Assembly: GCA_963845145.1 (NCBI GenBank)
Contig: CAWJQU010000005.1
Location: forward strand, 160,001 to 224,000
DNA from: an uncultured delta proteobacterium
GTDB taxonomy: Bacteria; Desulfobacterota; Desulfobacteria; Desulfobacterales; QNYZ01
Length of the DNA: 64,000 bases
Reading direction: 5' to 3'
How positions within the stretch are numbered: the first letter of the stretch is position 1; the number at the start of each line of letters is the position of its first letter. The notes under the pieces were generated by a model. That model did no database searches, had not been told where the DNA came from, and worked only from the letters and a program-made list of their open reading frames with translations. This document shows positions 28,895 through 39,070 of this stretch, piece after piece. Both the position numbers and the translations under genes were made by a program.

Positions 28895-30835
28895 TTACAG
28901 CATTCGGGACGGTTCTTCCTCCAGCCCCAGCCGTTTCAATGTTTTTTTGGTCGGTCGGCCGTTTTTATCCAACCCTTTGTATTTGTACAGCTCATCTACC
29001 ATGACATCAAACTTGTCTTTGTCTATGTAGCGGCCGATGACATCGGGGGCACCCCGCCGACAGGGTTCATCATGATACCGATGGTTTAACACATCGCCCT
29101 TCTCCGGATCGTTTCGCTTCAAGCCCTCGCGTAGATTAAACATCCGCTCCATCATGTTGCCTCGCTCGGCAATGGTCCAGAGCTCTTCAGGCGTAAATTC
29201 CAGGCCGGTATTGTAGAAAATCACTTTGGGCCAATCCTCGAAGTTGGGGAGCGTGGCACCGAGAAAAGTGGTGTGATATTTACAAATACCCAGGCAATCG
29301 ACGCCCATATAGACGTTTTCCTGCCAGAAAACCTGCCACGGTTTGCCTTCATAGGCGGTATGCTCGGAGCTAAGCGGCCCGTCATAAGGGATGGGCGAGC
29401 TATAAATTTTGCGCAATACTTTTTCCGGCAAGTGATACAAATCAATGGCCGGACGGCTGCGCAAATGGTCGGAGCCCCGTGATGCCGTGGCAATATTTAA
29501 CGCCAAAGCAGGTGTGGCCCGTTCATCGGAATGAAGGTTGCTCATACCCTTGACCTGGATGAGATAGTCGAAGGCATTTTTTCCGAATTTTTTGGAAGCA
29601 GGGATACCGCCATCGGCCAGCGCATCAGCGACAAATCCTTCGCGGTAGGCGATTCTCCGGATCATATCAAGGGCCACCTCATCATTACCAAAGTTTAAAT
29701 CCAGACCCTCGGCCTGCTTTTTGGTGATGATCCCTTCTTCATAAAGCTCCATGGCCCATGAGATCAAGCTACCGGTTTCGAGATTATCCATCCCGTATTG
29801 ATCCACCAGATGGTTTCCGACCAGGACTGTTTCGGCACTACGGCAACCGATCTCAGCCCCGAAGGCCCCCTGAGATGTATATTCCGGCCCTTCATCATAT
29901 TTGCCGGCAAAGGGTCCCGTGGGGATTCTGTACTGGGCCCGGCAATGCACCTGACAACCAAAACAGCCGGTCATGTGGTACGGACCAATCGTTTCGGTGG
30001 CAATTTCGTCGATGCGTTCAGGTTCGATGTCATCAGCATATTCCAGCTGGTTGTATTGAAAGTTATGTGTCCGCAATCCACCCCAGCTATTGGTAGCGCC
30101 CCAGATAAACGGTGTACCCAATGCGCCCTGGGTCTGGTTGACTTTGGCGCTGGTAATCTGGTCGATAAAGCGTTTGTTGTTTTCAAAGGCTTCGACCGGA
30201 TGGGCGATATTTATATCCATCGTCCCCCGGGCTGCCACGGCTTTGAGATTTTTGGATCCCATCACCGCACCCATACCGGTTCGACCGGCGGCGTTTTTAA
30301 CCCCGGTCATCACATTGGCGAAAGTGACCAGGTTCTCACCCGCCGGTCCGATGACGCATGACTTGACTTCTTCGTCGCCCAGCTCCTTGCGAATGGCCCA
30401 TTGGGTTTCCGTGGTGGTTTTGCCCCATACATTGGCGGCATCTTTGATTTCAATCTCCCCGTTGTGAAGAAACAGGTAGACCGGTTTTTCCGCCTTACCC
30501 GTGATGACCAGGTGATGAAATCCGGCCCAGGCCATTTCCGGCGCAAAAAACCCACCCATGTTGGCACTACCCAAAAGCCCGGTCAAAGGCGATTTACCCA
30601 TGACATGGGTACGGGCAGTGGCCGATGCACAGGTTGCGGTCAAAATTCCACCACTGATGATCAACGCATTATCCGGCCCTAAGGGGTCACATCCCTCTTT
30701 GGCATAATTGTATAATAGGTAGGCATCCAGTCCCCGGCCGCCCAGAAATTTTTTGCGAACGTCAAGGGGAATCGGTTTTATGTTTATCTCGCCGGTCGTC
30801 AGATTGATGAAGGCGACTTTTCGATTTAAGGCCAT
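28895..30835 (-). CDS. aor: Aldehyde:ferredoxin oxidoreductase family (tungstopterin)
   Basis: FLGGRG, KSPLTG…GGFFAPE, IGPAGENLV, GAVMGSKNLKA, CFGCQVHC, EGPEY and RGSDH motifs. True start MALNRK at 30835. Confidence 0.92.
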   Translation of the reverse strand: MALNRKVAFINLTTGEINIKPIPLDVRKKFLGGRGLDAYLLYNYAKEGCDPLGPDNALIISGGILTATCASATARTHVMGKSPLTGLLGSANMGGFFAPEMAWAGFHHLVITGKAEKPVYLFLHNGEIEIKDAANVWGKTTTETQWAIRKELGDEEVKSCVIGPAGENLVTFANVMTGVKNAAGRTGMGAVMGSKNLKAVAARGTMDINIAHPVEAFENNKRFIDQITSAKVNQTQGALGTPFIWGATNSWGGLRTHNFQYNQLEYADDIEPERIDEIATETIGPYHMTGCFGCQVHCRAQYRIPTGPFAGKYDEGPEYTSQGAFGAEIGCRSAETVLVGNHLVDQYGMDNLETGSLISWAMELYEEGIITKKQAEGLDLNFGNDEVALDMIRRIAYREGFVADALADGGIPASKKFGKNAFDYLIQVKGMSNLHSDERATPALALNIATASRGSDHLRSRPAIDLYHLPEKVLRKIYSSPIPYDGPLSSEHTAYEGKPWQVFWQENVYMGVDCLGICKYHTTFLGATLPNFEDWPKVIFYNTGLEFTPEELWTIAERGNMMERMFNLREGLKRNDPEKGDVLNHRYHDEPCRRGAPDVIGRYIDKDKFDVMVDELYKYKGLDKNGRPTKKTLKRLGLEEEPSRML

Positions 30836-30836
30836 C

Positions 30837-31130
30837 TTACTTTCCCCCCTTTTTTCCTGTTTTTTTGGCAGCCGCGGCTTGTTTTTCGGCAAAGGTTTTG
30901 GCAGCGAGGTCACGATTGACATCCCAAACCGGCCCTCTGATTCTGGGCAGGTTTTCATTGACCCAGAACAAGCGGTACTCCATGCCGCATATCGCACATT
31001 TGGCGTGTTCGGCTCCCGGTTCCGGAACGATTCGTTCCATGCAGGTGGGATTATGGCAACGGATCTTACCAAAGGTACGGGTCTTGCGTAAGCTTTCGGC
31101 GGTGGATTGTTTTCCCCCTGAAATGGTCAT
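30837..31130 (-). CDS. Small Cys-rich (Zn-ribbon-like) protein, first gene of the aor operon
   Basis: C-x4-C…CxxC; RBS AGGAG; stop codon 1 bp before the aor start. Confidence 0.7.
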   Translation of the reverse strand: MTISGGKQSTAESLRKTRTFGKIRCHNPTCMERIVPEPGAEHAKCAICGMEYRLFWVNENLPRIRGPVWDVNRDLAAKTFAEKQAAAAKKTGKKGGK

Positions 31131-31250
31131 AAGCAGGCTCTCCTTTTGTTTCGGGACCTTTTTCAAACGATCATTTGCACCCTAAACCACGCCTCTCAAA
31201 ATGAGTGCATACGCAAATGAAACGTTTCTAAAGGCCTTACTGCGTTAAAA

Positions 31251-31416
31251 TTCATTATGATGAACAAAAATAATCCGAGAGATATCACATAAAAAATATT
31301 TGTCAAGACCAAAAAGCCTTAAATATAAGAGGTGTCAAGGCATATCTAAATTATTGTTGACATCGTTAAGGTAATTTGGTTACAAGGTGGCAATTATTTT
31401 GTTCAACATGGTGAAC
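31251..31416. promoter_or_regulatory. Two IclR-type operator palindromes in a divergent promoter region
   Basis: TTCATTATGATGAA (31251-31264) and GTTCAACATGGTGAAC (31401-31416). TTGACA boxes at 31301-31306 (-) and 31357-31362 (+). Confidence 0.65.
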
Positions 31417-31417
31417 G

Positions 31418-32230
31418 ATGACGGCAGCCTATCAAGCACCCACAGTTAAAAAAGCCTTCTCTATTTTGCGGGCCATTTCTAAATCGGATGGCGGCATGGG
31501 GATCAGCCGTCTGTCTCAAACGCTCAATATCAGCAAAAGTACGGTGCATGGGGTGGTGGGCGCCTTGGAAGCGGTGGGCGCGGTTAATCGCGATCTAAAC
31601 ACCAAAAGGTATTCCCTGGGGCTGACCCTTTTTGAGCTGGGAAAATCAGTATATGCCCAAATCGACCTAAAGGAAGTGGCCCGGCCGGTTCTGGAAGCCC
31701 TGATGGATCAGACCGGCGAATCGGTTTTTCTGGGGATTCGCAATGGGGGGCACGTCACCATCCTCGATCTGGTTCAACCGTCCCGGGATCTCAAAATCAC
31801 CGCATCGGTGGGAATGACCATTCCGCTTTTGGCCGGTGCGATCGGCAAGGTATTGCTGGCGGCCATGGGTATGGATAAGGCCGAAGCTTTTATTCATTCC
31901 AATGAGTTGCCAAAATTTACCGATCAATCCATTACCGACCCGGCTGTGTATCTCGAAGCGGTACATACCGCCGGGCAAGTCGGATATGGGCTGGATGACG
32001 AAGAGTATGTAACCGGTGTGCGCGCAACGGCGGCAGCCATTAAAAATCATGATCAAACGTCGCCGGCCGCCATCTGGGTGGTTGGTTTCAAATCGGGCAT
32101 CGATCGTTTGAAACTGAAAAAGCTGGCCATTGAGACCCGACAAGCGGCTGATACGATCAGTCGCCGCATGTCTCACCCGGAACATCCGGCCCACTGGATG
32201 ATCCGCCGCAGGCAGACTGTTTCGCCATAG
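31418..32230 (+). CDS. IclR-family regulator
   Basis: HTH (ISKSTVHG…YSLG), TGESVFL, GAIGKVLLA and GYGLDDEE motifs. Confidence 0.95.
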   Translation: MTAAYQAPTVKKAFSILRAISKSDGGMGISRLSQTLNISKSTVHGVVGALEAVGAVNRDLNTKRYSLGLTLFELGKSVYAQIDLKEVARPVLEALMDQTGESVFLGIRNGGHVTILDLVQPSRDLKITASVGMTIPLLAGAIGKVLLAAMGMDKAEAFIHSNELPKFTDQSITDPAVYLEAVHTAGQVGYGLDDEEYVTGVRATAAAIKNHDQTSPAAIWVVGFKSGIDRLKLKKLAIETRQAADTISRRMSHPEHPAHWMIRRRQTVSP

Positions 32231-32257
32231 GCGGACCAAAAAAGGAGACCAAGTTAA

Positions 32258-32749
32258 ATGACCGCACAATTACTCTGGGTGGACCCCAACAAATGCAACG
32301 GCTGCATGGAATGCGAGACAGCCTGTGCGATGGTGAAAACCGGCGAAAAAGATACGATCCGATCTCGAATCCGCGTAATCGACTGGCAACAAAAAGGGCT
32401 TTATTTACCGGTGACCTGCCAGCAATGTGAGACAGCACCCTGCCTGGCCGTCTGCCCCAAAGAGGCCATCAGCCGCAATGCGCAGGATCAGCGGGTCGTG
32501 GTTGACTATGAGCGCTGTGTCAGTTGTCGCATGTGCATGGGCGCTTGCCCGTTCGGGGCCATGAAATTTGATAAACACACACGAATGGTTTTCAAATGCG
32601 ATTTATGCGAGGGAGCGCCAGCCTGTGTACCCTGCTGCGAACCCGGCGCGCTTACCTTTTCAAACCCATACCACGTGCATAGCCGCCGAACCAGACAAGC
32701 GGCGGCACGCATCGCCGCTGATCGAAGGTTCCACCAGCAGACTGATTAA
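32258..32749 (+). CDS. 4Fe-4S polyferredoxin (paralog of 28339-28839)
   Basis: CNGCMECETAC, CQQC..APC, CVSCRMC..ACP and KCDLC motifs. Confidence 0.9.
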   Translation: MTAQLLWVDPNKCNGCMECETACAMVKTGEKDTIRSRIRVIDWQQKGLYLPVTCQQCETAPCLAVCPKEAISRNAQDQRVVVDYERCVSCRMCMGACPFGAMKFDKHTRMVFKCDLCEGAPACVPCCEPGALTFSNPYHVHSRRTRQAAARIAADRRFHQQTD

Positions 32750-32786
32750 TCCGCCGAAGGCGGACCGACTGACAGGAGAAATACCC

Positions 32787-33206
32787 ATGTCCTATTTTAA
32801 AGTGGATGAAAAATGCAACGGCTGCATGGCCTGCATTCAAAACTGCCCGGCCAATGCGCTCATGGCCAAAGAAGAAGGGGATAAACGGACCCTGCTTCAC
32901 AATATGGCATTATGTGCCCGATGTGCGACCTGTTGGCGGGTTTGTCCCCAGGACGCGATCCAATTTGAACACTTTATGAAAAATCAATGGGATGAGGTGG
33001 CCGAGCTTGACATGGTCTATTGCTATATCTGCCAGGAACCGCTCTATACCACTCGCTTTAATCAAACGTTATCTGATCAAATGGAAAAACCGGCCGAGCC
33101 TACCTGCGAAAAACATAAACTTTCCCTGGATTTAATGGCCAGGGCCTATTTTTTCCCAGGCGGAAAGCCGGCCAAAGAAGAAAAAACCAAAGGGGAAAAC
33201 CAATGA
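32787..33206 (+). CDS. 4Fe-4S dicluster protein
   Basis: CNGCMACIQNCP and CARCATCWRVCP motifs plus an extra CxxC; RBS AGGAG. Confidence 0.85.
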   Translation: MSYFKVDEKCNGCMACIQNCPANALMAKEEGDKRTLLHNMALCARCATCWRVCPQDAIQFEHFMKNQWDEVAELDMVYCYICQEPLYTTRFNQTLSDQMEKPAEPTCEKHKLSLDLMARAYFFPGGKPAKEEKTKGENQ

Positions 33207-33886
33207 TAGTCGGGGATTTAAAACCTATCCAGGAGATCGCGGCATCTCTAAAAGGGTATAAAAAAATATTGGCCCTTGGCTGTGGAAGCTGTGTGACGGT
33301 TTGTTTGTCCGGTGGCGACCGGGAAGCCCAGGCATTGGCCCAGGCATTGACGAAACTCGATGCGTTTAAAGCTAAACCACCCGAGATTGAAACAGACACC
33401 ATTTTACGGCAATGCGAGCAGGACCTCGTAAGCGCCTACCAGACCCTTCCACCGGATATCGACGCCATTTTGTCGTTGGCCTGTGGCGCAGGTGTGCAGA
33501 TCGTCGCCGACACCTTTGAACCGCTACCGGTCATTCCGGCTTTAAATACTACTTTTCTGGGCGCGGCCGCCAAGCCAGGTGTGTGGGAGGAGATGTGCCA
33601 GGGTTGCGGCGATTGTGTACTGTTTGATACCGGCGGCATCTGCCCGGTAGCCCGGTGCGCAAAAAGTTTGTTTAACGGTCCCTGCGGAGGTTCTCAATCC
33701 GGGCATTGTGAAATCGATCCTGATGTCACCTGTGTTTGGGCGGCGATATACGAACGCTTAAAAAAACAGAAAAAACTGCATCGAATCCACAAGATTCGAG
33801 CCGCCAAAGATTGGCGTCCAGGTGGTGCCGCCGGCCCACGAAAGAGAATCCGAACCGGCATCGGCGGAAGCCCGGGAGAGTCGTAA
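33203..33886 (+). CDS. metV: MetV-like (methylene-THF reductase C-terminal domain) Fe-S/Zn protein
   Basis: GCGSCVTVC..GG, RQCE, ACGAGVQ and CQGCGDC…GICPVARCAKSLFNGPCGG motifs. Confidence 0.85.
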   Translation: MIVGDLKPIQEIAASLKGYKKILALGCGSCVTVCLSGGDREAQALAQALTKLDAFKAKPPEIETDTILRQCEQDLVSAYQTLPPDIDAILSLACGAGVQIVADTFEPLPVIPALNTTFLGAAAKPGVWEEMCQGCGDCVLFDTGGICPVARCAKSLFNGPCGGSQSGHCEIDPDVTCVWAAIYERLKKQKKLHRIHKIRAAKDWRPGGAAGPRKRIRTGIGGSPGES

Positions 33887-33906
33887 CCCCTAGTTATTTT
33901 GTTTTC

Positions 33907-33977
33907 GCCACGAAGACACAAAGATAACAAAGGAGAGCATTGTTGGCATTTTCTTTGTGACCTGGTGCCTTGGTGGC
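33907..33977. repeat. Imperfect inverted repeat (possible terminator or intergenic repeat)
   Basis: GCCACGAAGACAC(AAAG)…CTTTGTG…GTGCCTTGGTGGC. Confidence 0.55.
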
Positions 33978-34008
33978 TATTTCCTTAAATTAAAGAGGCA
34001 ATCGCTTC

Positions 34009-35436
34009 ATGGAAACCAACGAAATTGAATTACTCAGTGTGGGGGTCGATGTCGGCAGTTCCACAAGTCATCTGGTTTTTTCCAACCTCCTTCTGAAACG
34101 GGATGAAAATTCAGCCTCCAAACGCTTTCTCATCGATGAAAGAAAGGTCATTTACGAGGGCAAAATCATCGACACGCCCTTGGTGAATCAAAAGACCATT
34201 GATATCGATAAATTAACGAAATTTTTAAAATCAGAGTATAAACGCGCGGGAATCTCCCCGGAGGAGGTCCAAACCGGGGCGGTAATCATCACCGGAGAGA
34301 CAGCCAAAAAGGCCAATGCCGGACAGATCGTGACAGCCCTATCCAAGGATGCCGGCAAGTTTGTCGCCGCGACAGCCGGGCCCAATTTTGAAAGTGTCAT
34401 TGCAGCCATGGGATCCGGAGCCAGGGCGCGATCCCGAGAAACGGGCGAGACCCTGCTGTCCTGTGACATTGGTGGCGGCACTTCCAATATGGCCATTATA
34501 AAAAATGGGAAAATTATCTCCACCAGTTGCGTGTCTGTGGGGGGGCGACTCATCGCCTTCGATGCGAAGGGCAAAATCCAACGAATCAATGGGCCGGCAC
34601 AACAGGTAATGGATAGTCTGGGGCTGACCTTTCAAATCGGTGACTGCCCGGCAGTCGAAGATCTGGATAAAATTGCCGCAAAGCTGGCGGCGGTTCTCAT
34701 GGAGGTCATTACCGGACCAGCCAACTCACCATTGGCCAAAAAGTTGATGGTGACAGACGATCTGGTGTTCCCCGCCCAAATTGATGGGTATACATTTTCC
34801 GGAGGTGTCGCGGAATTGATCTATGGCGGCAACGGCCGGCATAACGACATCGGTAACACCCTGGCGAAAAAAATTAACGGGTTGATCCATCAATTGAAAT
34901 CACCGATCATTGAACCGGCGAACAAGATCAGAGCCACGGTGATTGGTGCGGGCGCCCACTCATTATCCATTTCCGGTTCCTCCGGATTTATGGACGATCA
35001 AATCGAATTCCCCCTTAAAAACGTACCGGTTATTCGGGTGGATGTCGAACGATTAAAACTGAGTGTTCCGTACGTTGTATCACAAATCCAGGCCGCCTTT
35101 CGCCGCTTCGACACCAAAGAGGGTGAAGAGACGGTTGCGCTCTATTTTTGGGACCCGGTGAAAAACTCCTACCCCCAGGTGGAGCTGTTCGCCAAATCCA
35201 TTGAAGCCGCTCTCCCTCGATCAATGGCCAACAACATACCCATCATTCTCGTTTTCAAAGGGGATATCGCCTGCAGCGTAGGCAATGTTATCCGTCGCGA
35301 AACCGCCCTGAAAACCAACCTGCTGACCCTGGATGAATTGGATCTGGTCGAAGGGGATTGGATTGATATCGGCAGCCCCTTGGTGGAAAACCAAGTGTTC
35401 CCTGTCACCGTTAAATCACTGGTCTTTCACGGCTGA
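34009..35436 (+). CDS. eutA: EutA-family reactivase (ASKHA ATPase)
   Basis: SVGVDVGSSTSHLVFS, GAVIITGETA, FVAATAGP, DIGGGTSN, IRATVIGAG and PVTVKSLVF motifs. Confidence 0.9.
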   Translation: METNEIELLSVGVDVGSSTSHLVFSNLLLKRDENSASKRFLIDERKVIYEGKIIDTPLVNQKTIDIDKLTKFLKSEYKRAGISPEEVQTGAVIITGETAKKANAGQIVTALSKDAGKFVAATAGPNFESVIAAMGSGARARSRETGETLLSCDIGGGTSNMAIIKNGKIISTSCVSVGGRLIAFDAKGKIQRINGPAQQVMDSLGLTFQIGDCPAVEDLDKIAAKLAAVLMEVITGPANSPLAKKLMVTDDLVFPAQIDGYTFSGGVAELIYGGNGRHNDIGNTLAKKINGLIHQLKSPIIEPANKIRATVIGAGAHSLSISGSSGFMDDQIEFPLKNVPVIRVDVERLKLSVPYVVSQIQAAFRRFDTKEGEETVALYFWDPVKNSYPQVELFAKSIEAALPRSMANNIPIILVFKGDIACSVGNVIRRETALKTNLLTLDELDLVEGDWIDIGSPLVENQVFPVTVKSLVFHG

Positions 35437-35468
35437 TGGATCTGCTTGCTTGTATGTTATGGTATGGT

Positions 35469-35909
35469 TTAGCTAGAGTCGGATAGTTTTCGATCGGACG
35501 TATCAATCTGCCGGATCAATGCCGCTGCCGCTTTTTCCCCCAAAATATCACAACATCGGTTGTAAAGACGCTGCCAGGCTTGTTCTATGGGAGCCTTGAG
35601 TTGCTCCCCTTTTTTGGTAGCACAGATGAGGACGGCCTTACCTTGCGGAATTCGATTAAGATAGCCCCGGCGAGCAAGCATATCAACAAACCGAGCAATG
35701 GTTGAGGGCGCTAAATAGAGATGGTTGCTCAATTCTCTCAGATCTATCCCCGGATGTTCATTTACGCGCATCACCACGAATGCCTGGGAAGGCGATAATC
35801 CCGTGACACGAAACTCTGCCTCGGCCATTCCGGTAATGGTCCTGGATAAAGAATTGGCCGAAAAATAGATATTGCTTGGGAAAAGGGGCAGATCGTTTTT
35901 CATTCTCAT
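35469..35909 (-). CDS. MarR-family regulator
   Basis: GLSPSQAF…LAPSTIARFVD.L…GY..R winged helix; TGTATATACA palindrome just upstream. Confidence 0.88.
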   Translation of the reverse strand: MRMKNDLPLFPSNIYFSANSLSRTITGMAEAEFRVTGLSPSQAFVVMRVNEHPGIDLRELSNHLYLAPSTIARFVDMLARRGYLNRIPQGKAVLICATKKGEQLKAPIEQAWQRLYNRCCDILGEKAAAALIRQIDTSDRKLSDSS

Positions 35910-36100
35910 TCACCAAAGAGTTGTATATACATATATACCGCATGAAACTTTTGTCAATGTTTTTTTCATCCCTATTGCCCGGCTCAATAAATTGTCATTG
36001 ACAACCCGACCCTCCGCTTTATCCTAGTAGCGTTCATATTTGAGATCATGTTATGATATTGTTGCCTCAACCAAAAGTTTCCCAATAAACAAGTCAAAAA

Positions 36101-37588
36101 ATGAAAACCAACGACGCTCACTTATCCGAAGAGACCCTCGATCCCGAGGATTGGCAAGCCCTGCGTGACCTCGGCCATCGCATGGTCGATGACATGATGG
36201 ATTATCAGGAAAACATTCGTGATCGACCGGTCTGGCAACCCATTCCCGATGTCGTCAAATCGGTTTTAAATCGAGATCTGCCGGAAAATCCCCAGGCTGA
36301 AGAAACGGTTTACCGCGAATTTACTGAACACATTCTACCCAATCCTTTGGGTAATATTCATCCCCGGTTTTGGGGCTGGGTCATCGGTACCGGTACCCCT
36401 TTGGGCATGTTGGCCGAGATGCTGGCAGCAGGGATGAACCCCAATGTCGGAGGGGCGGATCATGTGGCCAACTTGGTAGAAATCCAGGTGCTCTCCTGGT
36501 TAAAACAGATGTTGGGCTATTCAAAAGATAGCAGCGGTCTGCTGGTCAGCGGCGGCTCCATGGCCAATCTCGTAGGGCTAACCGTTGCCCGCAACACCCA
36601 TGCTAAAATTGATCTGCGCGCCCAGGGAATGCGTGCGGTGCCTCAGCAAATGCTTTTGTATGGTTCAACCCAAATGCACAATTCCATTCAGAAAGCAGTC
36701 GAATTGTTGGGAATGGGAAGTACGTCCCTGCGAAAAATACCGGTAACCTCAGATTACCAAATCGACCTCCAGGCATTGAAAAATACGATTGGTAAGGACA
36801 AGGCCGAAGGTCACCAGCCCTTTTGCATCGTGGCCAATGCCGGTACTGTCAATACAGGTGCTTTTGATGACATCAGTCGCTTGGCCGACATTTGTGAAAA
36901 AGAGGAACTTTGGCTGCACGTGGACGGTGCTTTCGGCGCATTGGCCGAATTGTCCCCCTTACATCGTCATTTCACGAAAGGGATGCAGCGTGCAGATTCC
37001 ATTGCCTTTGATCTGCACAAATGGATGTACATGCCCATTGAAATCGGGTGTGCGCTCGTACGCGATTCGTCCGCCCATCGCGACACATTTACAATGACCG
37101 CCGACTACCTTGAACATGGCGGCAATCGCGGCCTTATTGCCGGCACCCAATGGTTCAGCGACTATGGTGTGCAACTATCCCGTGGCTTTCGTGCGCTTAA
37201 AGCGTGGATGTCTATTAAAGTCTACGGCATCGGTAAATATCGGCGGCTGATCGAACAGAATATTGCCCAGAGCCAGTATCTGGCTAAAAGGGTTGACGAG
37301 CATCCCGAGCTTGAGCTGATGGCACCCGCCCCTTTAAACATTGTCTGTTTCAGATACAAAGGCACCGGTTCGACGGACGATAATCGCCGCGACGCCTTAA
37401 ACCAGGAGTTGCTTGTGCGGCTGCATGAGAGCGGCATTGCCGTGCCGTCATATACCACATTAAACGGCCGATACGCTCTACGCGCCGCCATTACCAACCA
37501 TCGCAGTCGGCGGGAAGATTTCGACATCATGATCGATGAAATCATCCGAATAGGCAGGGATTTAAACTTAACGTTGCATAAAGATTAG
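36101..37588 (+). CDS. Group II PLP-dependent (aromatic L-amino acid-type) decarboxylase
   Basis: HPRFWG, SGGSMAN, AGTVNTGAFD, HVDGAFG, DLHKW and SRGFRALK motifs. Confidence 0.93.
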   Translation: MKTNDAHLSEETLDPEDWQALRDLGHRMVDDMMDYQENIRDRPVWQPIPDVVKSVLNRDLPENPQAEETVYREFTEHILPNPLGNIHPRFWGWVIGTGTPLGMLAEMLAAGMNPNVGGADHVANLVEIQVLSWLKQMLGYSKDSSGLLVSGGSMANLVGLTVARNTHAKIDLRAQGMRAVPQQMLLYGSTQMHNSIQKAVELLGMGSTSLRKIPVTSDYQIDLQALKNTIGKDKAEGHQPFCIVANAGTVNTGAFDDISRLADICEKEELWLHVDGAFGALAELSPLHRHFTKGMQRADSIAFDLHKWMYMPIEIGCALVRDSSAHRDTFTMTADYLEHGGNRGLIAGTQWFSDYGVQLSRGFRALKAWMSIKVYGIGKYRRLIEQNIAQSQYLAKRVDEHPELELMAPAPLNIVCFRYKGTGSTDDNRRDALNQELLVRLHESGIAVPSYTTLNGRYALRAAITNHRSRREDFDIMIDEIIRIGRDLNLTLHKD

Positions 37589-37629
37589 GTTACAACAGGA
37601 ACAAGGCCATTGCTTGAAAGGTGATACCC

Positions 37630-38430
37630 ATGGACTTTTCTCAATCCACAACACTGGGCCGCACCGGTTTAACCGTGGGCCGCCTGGGCATTTCATCGAG
37701 CTTCGGCGCACCGGCCGATGCCTATATGGAAGCATTCGAGCGGGGCTGCAACTATTTCAACTGGGGTACTTTCATCAAAGGCCGCTCCGGCCCCATGGGC
37801 GAAGCCATCCGCAACATTGTGGGCCTTGGAAATCGCGATAAACTGGTGGTCGCCATGCTGTCCTATGCCCATCAGCCCTGGTTGACTGAGCATTTTTTGG
37901 TCAAGGGCCTAAAAGCCGCCCATCTAGATTATGCAGATGTCCTGCTGCTAGGCTACTTCTCAAAAAGACCACCCCAGAAGATTATCGACGGGGCACTTAC
38001 ATTAAAAGAAAAGGGGCTGGTACGCTTCATCGGATTGACCAGCCACAACCGAAAACTATTCCCTGAATTGGCTAAAGAGGGCCTTTTCGATCTCTTTCAT
38101 ATCCGCTACAACGCCACCCATCGCGGTGCGGAAACTGAGGTTTTTCCGCATCTTTCAGGCGACAACCGCCCCGGTGTGGTCAGTTTCACAGCAACAGACT
38201 GGAAAAAGCTTTTAAAACCCAATAGAATGCCCCCTGGAGAAGTCCCCTTGACAGCCGGAGAGTGCTATCGCTTTGTTTTGACCCATTCGGCAGTGGATAT
38301 TTGCATGATGGGCGCTAAAAATGTCATCCAAATGCGAGAAAATCTGGCGGTTTTAAAAAAAGGGCCGATGACAAGTATCGCCCTGAAAAGAGTCCATCGA
38401 ATCGGCAATTATGTGTACGGCAAACGATAG
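37630..38430 (+). CDS. Aldo/keto reductase family protein
   Basis: LGRTGLTVGRLG, GLVRFIGLTSH and RYNA motifs. Confidence 0.8.
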   Translation: MDFSQSTTLGRTGLTVGRLGISSSFGAPADAYMEAFERGCNYFNWGTFIKGRSGPMGEAIRNIVGLGNRDKLVVAMLSYAHQPWLTEHFLVKGLKAAHLDYADVLLLGYFSKRPPQKIIDGALTLKEKGLVRFIGLTSHNRKLFPELAKEGLFDLFHIRYNATHRGAETEVFPHLSGDNRPGVVSFTATDWKKLLKPNRMPPGEVPLTAGECYRFVLTHSAVDICMMGAKNVIQMRENLAVLKKGPMTSIALKRVHRIGNYVYGKR

Positions 38431-38499
38431 TGTGTACTAAGTTTTAAGGCCGTGCGAAAAAATAACTTTACATTTTAAAGCGAGTCCTGAGGAAAAGCC

Positions 38500-39051
38500 A
38501 TGGGAATGAGCTCCGAACACCACGATAATATCGACGATATTCTCCGCACTCACGGATACACGGATTATAAGTGGGTCGATCCTAAAAAAATCATCGTGTC
38601 CCAATGGGTGCGAATGAAATGCAAGTTTGGCTGTGGAGAGTATGGCCATGGCGGGGCCTGTCCGCCCAATACACCGTCGGTGGCCGAATGTGATCAATTT
38701 TTCAAAGAGTACAATGATGCCGTCATTTTACACTTTGAAGGGAAGATGGATAAACCTGAAGACCGTCATGCCTGGACAGCCAAAATCAATGCAAAGCTCA
38801 TCAAGCTGGAGCGAGCGATATTTTTGTCCGGATGCGAACGTGCGTTTATCCTTTTTATGGATTCGTGCGGGTTTTGTAATGATTGTCCAGGCAATCGTGA
38901 AAGCTGCAAACAACCCCGGATATCCAGGCCAGCCCCGGAGGCCATGGCGGTGGACGTCTATTCGACGGTACGCCGGGTTGGATTTGAGATCGCCGTGCGA
39001 GAAAATTATGAACAAAAAATGGATCGTTTTGCGTTCCTCATGGTCCATTAA
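38500..39051 (+). CDS. DUF2284 Cys-rich metal-binding protein
   Basis: WVRMKCKFGC..YG…CPP, CGFCNDC…C and RPAPEAMAVDV motifs. Confidence 0.85.
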   Translation: MGMSSEHHDNIDDILRTHGYTDYKWVDPKKIIVSQWVRMKCKFGCGEYGHGGACPPNTPSVAECDQFFKEYNDAVILHFEGKMDKPEDRHAWTAKINAKLIKLERAIFLSGCERAFILFMDSCGFCNDCPGNRESCKQPRISRPAPEAMAVDVYSTVRRVGFEIAVRENYEQKMDRFAFLMVH

Positions 39052-39070
39052 AAACAGGAGGTAAACCAGA

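Noticed and set aside
28895..30835. BamB class II benzoyl-CoA reductase
   Set aside because: It keeps the AOR-type EGPEY and DH motifs and no bamDEF genes are present; a phylogeny is needed to exclude it fully.
30836..31072. N-terminal extension of AOR given by the ORF track
   Set aside because: It overlaps a better ORF in another frame; AOR homology and an RBS begin at 30835.
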